A stretch of 64,000 nt of DNA, taken from the NCBI GenBank assembly GCA_944371315.1, contig CALVXN010000003.1, positions 508 through 64,507 of the forward strand. The letters are read 5' to 3'. Made by a program: the position numbers and the translations under genes. How positions within the stretch are numbered: the first letter of the stretch is position 1; each line of letters starts with the position of its first letter. Source of the DNA: an uncultured Bacilli bacterium (GTDB lineage Bacteria > Bacillota_I > Bacilli_A > RF39 > UBA660). This document shows, in pieces, positions 20,143 through 29,071 of this stretch. The notes below the pieces were generated by a model. The model saw only the letters and a list, made by a program, of their open reading frames with translations, did no database searches and was not told the DNA's origin.

Positions 20143-21363
20143 TCACTTATCGCTAGTGATATTTTTTAAATTTTCTATTGCTTTTAAAACACCAATTTTA
20201 CCATATTCATAAGTAAGGCCACCTTGTAAATATGCAACATATGGTTCTCTTAATGGGCCATCACAAGAAAGTTCAATTGAAGAACCTTGTGTAAAAGAAC
20301 CGCTTGCCATAATAATTTTATCTAAATAACCAGGCATAGCTGATGGTTCAACATAAGCTTGCGAATCAATTGCACTTCCATTTTGAATCCCTTTAACAAA
20401 GGATATTAATTTATCTTTATCATTAAAATAAATAGTTTGCACTATATCAGCTCTCTCATCATTCCATTTCGGTTCAACTTTGTAACCTAAATTTTCTAAA
20501 ATATATGATGCAAAAACAACTGTTTTTAAACTATTAGCAACAACACTCGGAGCCATATACAATCCTTGAAAAAAACTTTTATTTGCACCTAAACTTGGAC
20601 CAACTTCCTTACCTTCTCCAGCAACATTTAATCGTTCTGCACACAAATTAATTATTTCTTTTGACCCAACTATATAAGCACCATTTGAAGCTATACCACC
20701 GCCTAAATTTTTAATTAATGAACCAACACAAATATCAACCCCAACATCAGTAGGTTCTTTATCACTAACAAATTCACAATAACAATTATCAACCATAATT
20801 ATAATATTTTCATCTATACTTTTTATTAATTTAACAACTCTTTCTATTTTATCAATAGAAACGCTTTTTCTTAATGAATAGCCCTTAGATCTTTGAATTT
20901 CAATTAATTTAATATTACCAAGCTTCAATCTGCTTTCTATTTTAGCATAGTCAAAGTCATTATCTAATAAATCTATTTGTTCATATTTAATATCAAATGC
21001 TTTTAAAGAACTAGGATTATCATTAAATCCAATTACAGAATCCAGTGTATCATAAGGCTTACCTGTTATAGAAAGTAATACATCATTTGGCCTTAATAAG
21101 GCAAAAAAAGCAGTGCTCAAAGCATGCGTTCCAGAAATAAATTGATTTCTAACTAAAGCATCTTCAGTATGAAATATATTAGCAAAAACCTTTTCTACTG
21201 CATCTCTACCTATATCACCATAACCATATCCAGTTGAACTCATAAAATGACTTTCAGATATATTTTCTTTCCAAAAAGATTCAATTACCTTTTGACTATT
21301 AATAAATGATATTTCATCAATTTTTTTAAATATAGATTCTAACTTTTTTTCTAATTCAAACAT
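20143..21363 (-). CDS. YnbB / aluminium-resistance family PLP-dependent C-S lyase-like protein
   Basis: SSTGYGYGDIGRDAVEKVFANIF...ISGTHALSTAFFALLRPNDVLLSITGKPYDTL is characteristic of this family. Start set at ATG 21363 (MFELEKK), 4 nt after the upstream stop. Confidence 0.72.
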   Translation of the reverse strand: MFELEKKLESIFKKIDEISFINSQKVIESFWKENISESHFMSSTGYGYGDIGRDAVEKVFANIFHTEDALVRNQFISGTHALSTAFFALLRPNDVLLSITGKPYDTLDSVIGFNDNPSSLKAFDIKYEQIDLLDNDFDYAKIESRLKLGNIKLIEIQRSKGYSLRKSVSIDKIERVVKLIKSIDENIIIMVDNCYCEFVSDKEPTDVGVDICVGSLIKNLGGGIASNGAYIVGSKEIINLCAERLNVAGEGKEVGPSLGANKSFFQGLYMAPSVVANSLKTVVFASYILENLGYKVEPKWNDERADIVQTIYFNDKDKLISFVKGIQNGSAIDSQAYVEPSAMPGYLDKIIMASGSFTQGSSIELSCDGPLREPYVAYLQGGLTYEYGKIGVLKAIENLKNITSDK

Positions 21364-21367
21364 ATTC

Positions 21368-22096
21368 TTATTCAAAATTACCACCATCCACTCTAATAAC
21401 TGCATCATTTATATATTTAGCTTCATCACTTGCTAAAAAATATACTACATTAGCAATCTCATCACAACTAGCAAATCTCTTGAGACCTATTTTTTTTAAT
21501 TGATTTTTTTTAAAATCTATAAATAAATCATTATTCATATCTGTATTTATCCACCCTGGAGCAACACAATTAACTCTAATTTTAGGAGCTAAATATTTAG
21601 CAAAATCGTGAGTTAGTGCAATAACACCTGCCTTAGATGAGTCATAATTAACACTTTCAATATAACCAGTATCAATTCCATTTGTGCTTGAAATATTTAT
21701 AATAGATCCTATATTCATTAAATTAATAGCATATTTTGTTACCAAAAAAGTTCCCAACAAATTAACAGAAATAACTTTCATAAATTCATCAGCACTTTTT
21801 TCTTCTAATGACGAATCAATTGCTACCCCAGCATTATTTATTAAAATATCAATACTATTAAATTCTTTTTTTATTGCATCGAACATATTTTTTACTTCAT
21901 TTTCTAGTGATATATCAGCCCTCACCAATAAAACTTTTGAATTATATTTATTTTCTAATTCTTTTTTTAATAAATTAGCAGAATCAAAAGATTTATTATA
22001 ATTAATAATAATATTGTCTCCATTTTTGGCAAATATTTTTGCTATGCTTGCACCCAGTCCCTTAGATGCCCCAGTAATTAAAACATTTTTTTTCAT
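21368..22096 (-). CDS. short-chain dehydrogenase/reductase (FabG-like)
   Basis: TGASKGLG cofactor motif, NNAG, catalytic YDSSK. Confidence 0.85.
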   Translation of the reverse strand: MKKNVLITGASKGLGASIAKIFAKNGDNIIINYNKSFDSANLLKKELENKYNSKVLLVRADISLENEVKNMFDAIKKEFNSIDILINNAGVAIDSSLEEKSADEFMKVISVNLLGTFLVTKYAINLMNIGSIINISSTNGIDTGYIESVNYDSSKAGVIALTHDFAKYLAPKIRVNCVAPGWINTDMNNDLFIDFKKNQLKKIGLKRFASCDEIANVVYFLASDEAKYINDAVIRVDGGNFE

Positions 22097-22156
22097 CTAA
22101 ATCACCTAATAATATTTTACTACACACATTATTTTAATACAAAATAAAAAAGAAAA

Positions 22157-22573
22157 TCAATTCTCTTCCTTTTTATTAGCATTTTCTCTATCCTTAAATA
22201 TTTTTAAAATACCAATTAAAGTATTTACTTTATTGGTTAAATATCTTTTTTCAAAATTTGATAACTTACCAACCTCAAATTTTTCACCATTTTTTTCAAC
22301 TTCACCCTGTAAGTTAACTCCTATTACATTAAGTTCGTCTTGAATTAACAATTGTAAAAAACTTATATGTGATCTATACAAAACACCCGGCTTATCTTCA
22401 AGGTTTTCAGTTTTCAAAATACTACTCATACTAGGTTGTTTTTTACTAAACAAGTAACCATCAACAATTAATTGCAAAATAATATTAAATTGTTCCGTAT
22501 TTCCATTTAATACTTCGATACTTTCGATTAATTCATTTAAGATATCGTCAATATTATTATTTCCAGTACCCAC
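22157..22573 (-). CDS. hypothetical cytoplasmic protein at the end of the T7SS cargo operon (candidate immunity protein or chaperone)
   Basis: GTG start 7 nt after AAAGGAGG. 138 aa with no signal peptide or TM segment. The role is inferred from position only. Confidence 0.45.
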   Translation of the reverse strand: MGTGNNNIDDILNELIESIEVLNGNTEQFNIILQLIVDGYLFSKKQPSMSSILKTENLEDKPGVLYRSHISFLQLLIQDELNVIGVNLQGEVEKNGEKFEVGKLSNFEKRYLTNKVNTLIGILKIFKDRENANKKEEN

Positions 22574-22590
22574 AAATAAACCTCCTTTTA

Positions 22591-23175
22591 TTATTTTATA
22601 GAACTTGTGACATAATTAACAACATCATTATCATATTGAAAACCACCCAAAGATTGTGTGCCACTTGCAAAAGAATTACTTGATGCATCAGGACTAAAAG
22701 ACCAATGAGCTCCCAATTTATCTCTTATAGCATCATAAGTACTTAGATAGCCATTATTGCTATTTGAATTGCTAGATGATGTTACATTATCTTTAAATAC
22801 TTGCGAAATATTGTCTTTTCTTTCACCAGTTAAATTTGTATTAACTTCAATACCAGATAAATTTTGCATTTTAACAATAACATCACTTATTTTTTTTACA
22901 GCATCTTGAACAGAAGAATCATAACTTGCTATTTGATAAAACAAAAATTGTTCTAATTCAGGTAATCTAGTAGAAAGATTTTTTGAAATAGTAGTCACAC
23001 CATCACTAATTTGATTAACATACATATTAATCCTTGAAGATTGAACATTAGCTAAAATTTCTTTTAAACCAGAATTTAGTTTAGGTAAATAGTTGTTAAT
23101 TAAAGAATCATCTAACGAGGAAATATCAGTATTTAAAGCACTCAATGCTTCGGGATCTAAATTAATTAATGCCAT
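22591..23175 (-). CDS. putative T7SS substrate: helical N-terminal domain plus Ser/Asn/Gly-rich C-terminal region (194 aa)
   Basis: Strong SD AGGAGGTG. About 105 aa of helical sequence ends in L-S-G (aa 106-108), followed by an SSSNSNSNNG linker and an unrecognised tail of about 60 aa. Sits downstream of the WXG100-like genes. Confidence 0.45.
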   Translation of the reverse strand: MALINLDPEALSALNTDISSLDDSLINNYLPKLNSGLKEILANVQSSRINMYVNQISDGVTTISKNLSTRLPELEQFLFYQIASYDSSVQDAVKKISDVIVKMQNLSGIEVNTNLTGERKDNISQVFKDNVTSSSNSNSNNGYLSTYDAIRDKLGAHWSFSPDASSNSFASGTQSLGGFQYDNDVVNYVTSSIK

Positions 23176-23188
23176 ACTTTAACACCTC

Positions 23189-23506
23189 CTATAAACCTTC
23201 TAATATTTTACCAACTTCATCTAAATATTCAGTTGCTTCTGTATTAGCTTGACCGTAAAGATTAATTTGTGTATTTAAAAATTCTATTAATTTTGTTAAT
23301 AAAGAACTAGTATCACTATATACTTTATTGCAATAATTAATATAGCTAGATAAAGTTCCAACCATTACGTCACTTTTTATATTTCCAGAAATAGAATTAA
23401 ATAAATTTGAATCTTCAATAGCAATTTTTTGAATTTGTTCTAAAATACCTTGCAATTCATTATTTTTATTTTTTAATTCTGTCGATAAGACATTAATTGT
23501 TGCCAT
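23189..23506 (-). CDS. small alpha-helical T7SS-associated protein (about 105 aa, no WXG)
   Basis: Start ATG 23506 lies 5 nt after AGGTGG. Size and helical-hairpin character resemble WXG100 partners or LXG-associated helper proteins. Confidence 0.5.
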   Translation of the reverse strand: MATINVLSTELKNKNNELQGILEQIQKIAIEDSNLFNSISGNIKSDVMVGTLSSYINYCNKVYSDTSSLLTKLIEFLNTQINLYGQANTEATEYLDEVGKILEGL

Positions 23507-23795
23507 TTGTTCCACCTACCGTCTTTTTACTTAAATCATTTACAATATTAATATAATTAATTATAGCTGATGAAAATTCAGAATTACATGAAGAAATTGC
23601 ATTTACTAATTCTTGATTTTTTCTTAAATTGGTATTATAAGAAATAGCATCACTTTGAGTGCCTTCCCAAAGGGGAGCTAATTCGCTTAAAATATATGCA
23701 ATTGACGAACTTATTTCATTCATCTTTTCAGAATTTGAAATCAAGCTATTTGCATCCTCTATAACTTTTTCAGTATTATTTATAATTATCGCCAT
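23493..23795 (-). CDS. WXG100-family protein (EsxA-like)
   Basis: 100 aa with a central W-E-G (LAPLWEGTQSD) between two helical halves, SD AGAGAGGT. Confidence 0.7.
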   Translation of the reverse strand: MAIIINNTEKVIEDANSLISNSEKMNEISSSIAYILSELAPLWEGTQSDAISYNTNLRKNQELVNAISSCNSEFSSAIINYINIVNDLSKKTVGGTNGNN

Positions 23796-23816
23796 TTTTA
23801 ACCTCTCTTATTTAAT

Positions 23817-24134
23817 TTAATCAATACTTTGCGAAGAAGCATTTTTTAATCTTTGAGCATATGTATTTAAAGCTTGATTTAATTGTTTTACAGCCGAAAT
23901 TAAATTTACTAAACTATTAGTATTTTTTTGTGCCTCTCCAATATAAGAATCTTTATCAACAGTATCTGAATTCCAATAACTCTCTATTTTTTTAAATTTA
24001 TTATCTAAATTAGAACAACATTCATTTATTCTATCATTTATTTTAGATATATTATCAATTTGCGCTAACAACATATCTACATTCTTAACATTAATATGTT
24101 CATAATAATCTTTATAGCCATTAAAATTAGCCAT
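23817..24134 (-). CDS. WXG100-like protein with a variant central motif
   Basis: 105 aa, central ESYWNSD (W-N-S instead of W-x-G), helical halves, SD AGGAGATGA. First gene after the internal promoter. Confidence 0.55.
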   Translation of the reverse strand: MANFNGYKDYYEHINVKNVDMLLAQIDNISKINDRINECCSNLDNKFKKIESYWNSDTVDKDSYIGEAQKNTNSLVNLISAVKQLNQALNTYAQRLKNASSQSID

Positions 24135-24160
24135 ATTTAATCATCTCCTACTCTATAAAA

Positions 24161-24189
24161 AGTATACTTTATAATATAATATCTGTCAA
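24161..24189 (-). promoter_or_regulatory. internal promoter of the five-gene cargo cluster
   Basis: Minus strand: TTGACA (24184-24189), 17 nt, TATACT (24161-24166), within the 110-bp gap after the YukD-like gene. Confidence 0.55.
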
Positions 24190-24244
24190 TATAACTCCTG
24201 TCATCACAACAAAACTAAAGAATCCCATTTTTTTTACACTTACA

Positions 24245-24499
24245 TTAAATAATTATAACCGAACTTCCATTTCTAATATTTGTTTCCCTAACCAATTTAT
24301 TTAAAGGATATGGATTAGCATCAACAATGTTATATAAATTTCGATTATTTTTTATTTCATAAATCCCATCAGAAATGTCATATAATATACGATTTATCAA
24401 GTTTAAAACAGTTCCAACTCTCACATTTATAGGAATAAAAATATCATATGTTTCATCCATTTCTAAAACCAATAATTTAATAAGAATTTTATTATTCAT
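24245..24499 (-). CDS. esaB: YukD/EsaB-like ubiquitin-fold T7SS protein
   Basis: About 84 aa, beta-grasp-like pattern (ILIKLLVLEMDETYDIFIPINVRVGTVL...RETNIRNGSSVIII). ATG 24499 lies 5 nt after GGTGA and overlaps the essC stop by 8 nt. Confidence 0.65.
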   Translation of the reverse strand: MNNKILIKLLVLEMDETYDIFIPINVRVGTVLNLINRILYDISDGIYEIKNNRNLYNIVDANPYPLNKLVRETNIRNGSSVIII

Positions 24500-27400
24500 T
24501 TTGATCACCACTATCTAGCATATAACGAATAATTTCATAAGATTCTCCACTTACTTTATAAGCTAAATGTTCAAATTTTATCTTTTTATCATTATAACCA
24601 ATATTTGGAGCGTGAATAGTAATTTGATTATTTATTCCTTCTCCTAACCATAAAGCATTATTTCTATCATAAGAAATATCCATTCTAACCTGATTTATGT
24701 CATCAACATTATCAAAAATTATTACATTTTTACACTTTTTACTAATAAAATCTGTAATCATATTACAATCATTATTATTAAACATTTCTTTTATTGCTCC
24801 AACACCCAATACTATTGTCCAACTATCAAGCCCTGCATAATTATTAATAAAATTTTGAAAATTATTAGTCATAACTTCAACATTATCAAAGCTCTTTTTA
24901 ATCATTGATTTAAAGTCTAAAACATAAACCATATTTTTACTAGCCATCATTTTAATAAAAGCATTTAAAAAACTTAATTTATTATCATCTAAATTAGTAT
25001 ATGAAATAACATAAGGTTTGGTATTTTGTTTAGTTATAAAACTAACTCTTTTAGTTTTCATATTAAATCCAATAGGAACACTATTGAAATCTTTATAATA
25101 GCTATATAACATATCAACATAAACTCGATCAGGAACAGAAGGAATTTTACTTACTTTAGTATTATATTTTTCATTTAAAACAAGTCCTAAATTTCTAAGT
25201 TCACTAGTATAATTTTGAATTTTAGTATATGTTCCAGTTTGAAATTCATACGCACTATTATCAATTAAAACTAATCCTCGTCCAAAATATTCAGCTGGTA
25301 ACACTTGTCTTGGTGCATTCAAAATCATTCTATAATCAGTTTCATCAGAAAGTTGTAAACAAATTTTATTATTAAAGTAAGCCATTGTTTTACTCCTAAT
25401 AACTGAAGTTGAAATTGCAGTTACTACAAATACAATTCCATATTTATAACCGTCTCTAAATAAAGTAGCCATTTCTTGACTTTCATCATCATAAGATTCA
25501 ACAAATGAATCAAAATTATTAACAAATATCAACATTAATGGCAATTTTTTACCACTATATTTTATGTAATCATTATAGTCCCCAGCATAGTCTGTAAATA
25601 AACTTTTTCTTTTTTCTATTTCTTCTGAAATCATTTTTATTAAATCTTGTATCTTTTCGTTATTTTCAATAGTTACAACTTCCCCAACATGTGGAAAATT
25701 TGTAAAAATTTTTAATAATTCAGAGCCACAATCTAAAATATAAATATTAACTTCATTTGGTGAATGATCCATTACAATAGATCTTATCATATTAACTACT
25801 AAATTTTCTTTTCCACTACCAGGAGTTCCAAAAACTATTAAATTTCCATTTTTAGATAAATCAATACTTAGAAGCCCTTGTGTTTGATTTATTGGATCAT
25901 CATATTCTCCAATAACAGGATTTATATAATATTCAACTGGTTTATAATTATATTTTTTCTTAATATCATCAACATAAATAATTTCAGGAATAGAATCAAG
26001 CCATAATTTATTAATTGTAATATGTTCCTTTTTACCTAAATCCGAAATATATCTAACAATATTTGTTAATTGATCTCCATAATCTTTTTTAGGAATACTT
26101 TCTTTGTCTTCTTCTTTAACACTTTTTATAATATATCCAACATTATTAATGAAATTAATAGATTCATCTACTTTTTTTAAAATTTTATCTGACGGAACAT
26201 ATTTTGCCCCAGACCAACCAGATTGCCCAATTTCAAATAATTCATCATAACCTACTTGCAAATAAAATCTACCGGTTTCTTTAATAGATGCCGCTTCTGG
26301 TCTTTTTAACATTTCCATACTATCTGACTTATCTTGAACTTTAAGACAAACTTTAAATCTTGAGTTAGCCCATATTTGATCATTTACAATACCTGATGGC
26401 TTTTGAGTAGCTAAAATTAAATGAACACCCAATGAACGACCTATACGTGAAGTGCTTATCAATTGTTGCATAAAGTCTGGTTGTTGTTGTTTTAATTCAG
26501 CAAATTCATCACAAATTATGAATAAATGTGATAAAGGTTTATTTACTATTCCTTCTCTAAATAATTTTTGATATTTATAAATATCAATTGTTCCTTCTTT
26601 TAATCTTTCACGAGTATCATTAAATATTTTTTGCCTTCTAGTTAACTCACTTTGAATAGAAATTAAACTTCTATTAAGTTCATGATTATCTAAGTTAGTA
26701 ATAGTTCCAGCTAAATGTGGAATTTTAACTCCGCTCTCTTTATTTTCAAACGCACCAGCTAATCCCCCACCCTTATAGTCAATTAAAACAAATTGAACTT
26801 CATAAGGATGATAATTAATTGCCATAGATAATATATAAGTTATAATGAATTCAGACTTACCACTACCGGTTGAACCAGCAATTAAACCGTGAGGTCCGTG
26901 AAACTTTTCATGTAAATCTAATTTAAAATCTTCACCATTAGGATGAACTCCAACAACAGTATCTAAACTTAATACTGGATTATTAATTTTCCACCTATTT
27001 AAGATATTTAATTGCTCAATTTTTGAAACATTAAACATATCCAAAAAATCAAGAGATTTAGGTAAAACTGACGCACCATCCTTAGTCATTACAGGAATAT
27101 TTGCTAAATTAAATGCTATTGCATCCATGTCAAGATCATTTTTTTGTTTTTCAATATAAAATATTGTTTGTTCATTTAACCCTGTTTGGCGTTCTAAAAT
27201 TACCCCATCTTTTTCCCTAACCTCAATAAATGTATTGCTTGATGACGGAACATTTTTTAAATCATCATCTATTACTAGCAAAGAAAAACCTAAACTATTT
27301 AAATCTTTATTAATAAAATCTTCAAAAAATCCAATATTTCTTTTATTTGAATAATCATCTGTAATAACTAAAAAATAAGGCATTGGAACAACATCTTTAT

Positions 27401-29009
27401 TATTACTTTCTTCCTTTTGTTCCTTTCTAAATTTAATTATTTCTTCCAAATAATTTGATACATATTTTGCTTCATTATCATTTGAAGCAAATAACCTTAT
27501 ATCTTTTTCATCAGTAAATATATGTGGAATATATTTGATAAAATCCCACCTTTGAATATTTTCATTTTTTGTAAATAAAGCAATTTTTAAATCAATGCTA
27601 CTATGTGTAATTATTAATTGAGTAATAAGCTCATTAACAAACTTAACTCTATTAATTGTTTTACAAATTAAAGATGTTACATTACTATTTTTTAATGATA
27701 CAGTAATTGGAGCACCATCAACATATTTGTATTTATCTTTAATAGCACAAGAATTATTAAATAACTCGTCTTCTTCTAATGTAAAATGTTTTTCTGGAGC
27801 TTTTACTGCTACATTAAAGTTTTTTCTACCAATACCTACTCTAATAGATAAGAATTCATCATCATTATATTGACACCACCAAAAATTGCGATTTTTCTTT
27901 TGCAAAGCAATTAAACAATTATCAGAATTCAAATAATTTTCATTTAAAACTCGTAATTGATTTTTAACTTTAATTGTTAATTCTCTATCTTTTTCTGTTA
28001 AATATTCACCATATTTTTCTTTCCTTAATTTTTCTCTTTTTTTAAGTTTGTGCTTTTGATAAGCCCGAGTGATCCTAGGAAATACAAGACTTCCTAAAAT
28101 CATACATACACACATTACAATTTGAGGTATCATTTGTATCATGTCTCTACCTTGATTTAAACCGTAAGAAACATTAAATAACATCATAAAAGAAGAAGAC
28201 ATCATAATTAAAGAAGTTCCCATAGTCAAAATAAATGGCATAGAATTGTCTTTTTCTTCATTTGGAGGAGCTTCAACAGTAAATTCTTCATTAACAACTT
28301 TTTCTCGAATTATTGGATAATGGACAAAATAATTTTCTTTTTTATAAAGTTCTACATGTTTATCTTCTTCACTAACTGGGTCAAATACAAGTGGATTATC
28401 ACTAGCATCTGCAACCAAACGCATTCCAGTAATTTTCAATGAATTTTTAGGATTATTTATATAAATATATGATTGCATCCACACAATTTTTATTCCACCT
28501 AAAAATATAATGTCACCAGATTTTAGTTTTTTTATATTTTCCTTAAAATTATTTACAAACACTTTATAATTATCATCACTAACACTAGTAACATACCATT
28601 CTTCATTAATGATTTTAAAAGTTGCTTCAATTTCAGCTACTTCATTAGAATTATAAAAAATACTACAATTTTCTTTTCTACCAACTGAAAAACTATTTAG
28701 TCCTCTAAAATCTAATCTAAATAACTTTTCTTTAATAGGAAGAACAAACACTTCTAATGTTTTTGATTTACCAACAACTTTTAAGGTATATTTGCAATAT
28801 GGTTCAATCAAAACTGAATCAATCTCTTCATTATCCTCTATTATATTTGTATTACCATTACTTTTTAAATACCATCTATTATTAACTCCTACAAACGAAA
28901 CAATAGACTTAAAGGTTGAACTATTATAATTAATTAAAAAAGAGTCATCAACTTTTAATGGTAACATATATTTAATAATCTGATTATTATCTATTAAAAA
29001 TATTTTCAT
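24492..29009 (-). CDS. essC: T7SSb FtsK/SpoIIIE-family ATPase EssC/YukB
   Basis: Two FHA-like N-terminal modules (aa 1-190) and two TM segments (aa about 260-315). D1 has GSTGSGKS (nt 26853-26876) and ICDEFAE. D2 has GTPGSGKE (nt 25806-25829). The D3-like C-terminus has no P-loop. ATG 29009 is preferred over the track TTG at 29018. Extended -10 TGtTATAAT at 29039-29047. Confidence 0.9.
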   Translation of the reverse strand: MKIFLIDNNQIIKYMLPLKVDDSFLINYNSSTFKSIVSFVGVNNRWYLKSNGNTNIIEDNEEIDSVLIEPYCKYTLKVVGKSKTLEVFVLPIKEKLFRLDFRGLNSFSVGRKENCSIFYNSNEVAEIEATFKIINEEWYVTSVSDDNYKVFVNNFKENIKKLKSGDIIFLGGIKIVWMQSYIYINNPKNSLKITGMRLVADASDNPLVFDPVSEEDKHVELYKKENYFVHYPIIREKVVNEEFTVEAPPNEEKDNSMPFILTMGTSLIMMSSSFMMLFNVSYGLNQGRDMIQMIPQIVMCVCMILGSLVFPRITRAYQKHKLKKREKLRKEKYGEYLTEKDRELTIKVKNQLRVLNENYLNSDNCLIALQKKNRNFWWCQYNDDEFLSIRVGIGRKNFNVAVKAPEKHFTLEEDELFNNSCAIKDKYKYVDGAPITVSLKNSNVTSLICKTINRVKFVNELITQLIITHSSIDLKIALFTKNENIQRWDFIKYIPHIFTDEKDIRLFASNDNEAKYVSNYLEEIIKFRKEQKEESNNKDVVPMPYFLVITDDYSNKRNIGFFEDFINKDLNSLGFSLLVIDDDLKNVPSSSNTFIEVREKDGVILERQTGLNEQTIFYIEKQKNDLDMDAIAFNLANIPVMTKDGASVLPKSLDFLDMFNVSKIEQLNILNRWKINNPVLSLDTVVGVHPNGEDFKLDLHEKFHGPHGLIAGSTGSGKSEFIITYILSMAINYHPYEVQFVLIDYKGGGLAGAFENKESGVKIPHLAGTITNLDNHELNRSLISIQSELTRRQKIFNDTRERLKEGTIDIYKYQKLFREGIVNKPLSHLFIICDEFAELKQQQPDFMQQLISTSRIGRSLGVHLILATQKPSGIVNDQIWANSRFKVCLKVQDKSDSMEMLKRPEAASIKETGRFYLQVGYDELFEIGQSGWSGAKYVPSDKILKKVDESINFINNVGYIIKSVKEEDKESIPKKDYGDQLTNIVRYISDLGKKEHITINKLWLDSIPEIIYVDDIKKKYNYKPVEYYINPVIGEYDDPINQTQGLLSIDLSKNGNLIVFGTPGSGKENLVVNMIRSIVMDHSPNEVNIYILDCGSELLKIFTNFPHVGEVVTIENNEKIQDLIKMISEEIEKRKSLFTDYAGDYNDYIKYSGKKLPLMLIFVNNFDSFVESYDDESQEMATLFRDGYKYGIVFVVTAISTSVIRSKTMAYFNNKICLQLSDETDYRMILNAPRQVLPAEYFGRGLVLIDNSAYEFQTGTYTKIQNYTSELRNLGLVLNEKYNTKVSKIPSVPDRVYVDMLYSYYKDFNSVPIGFNMKTKRVSFITKQNTKPYVISYTNLDDNKLSFLNAFIKMMASKNMVYVLDFKSMIKKSFDNVEVMTNNFQNFINNYAGLDSWTIVLGVGAIKEMFNNNDCNMITDFISKKCKNVIIFDNVDDINQVRMDISYDRNNALWLGEGINNQITIHAPNIGYNDKKIKFEHLAYKVSGESYEIIRYMLDSGDQNE

Positions 29010-29071
29010 ACTATTCAACCTACTCTTTATACACTATTATTATAACAAATTAAAAAACTTAAAACAATATC

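Noticed and set aside
22591-23175. Calling the 194-aa protein a bona fide LXG toxin
   Set aside because: Only a helical N-terminus and a single L-S-G tripeptide support it, and no recognisable toxin domain is present. It is kept as a hypothesis in the findings, not as an annotation.
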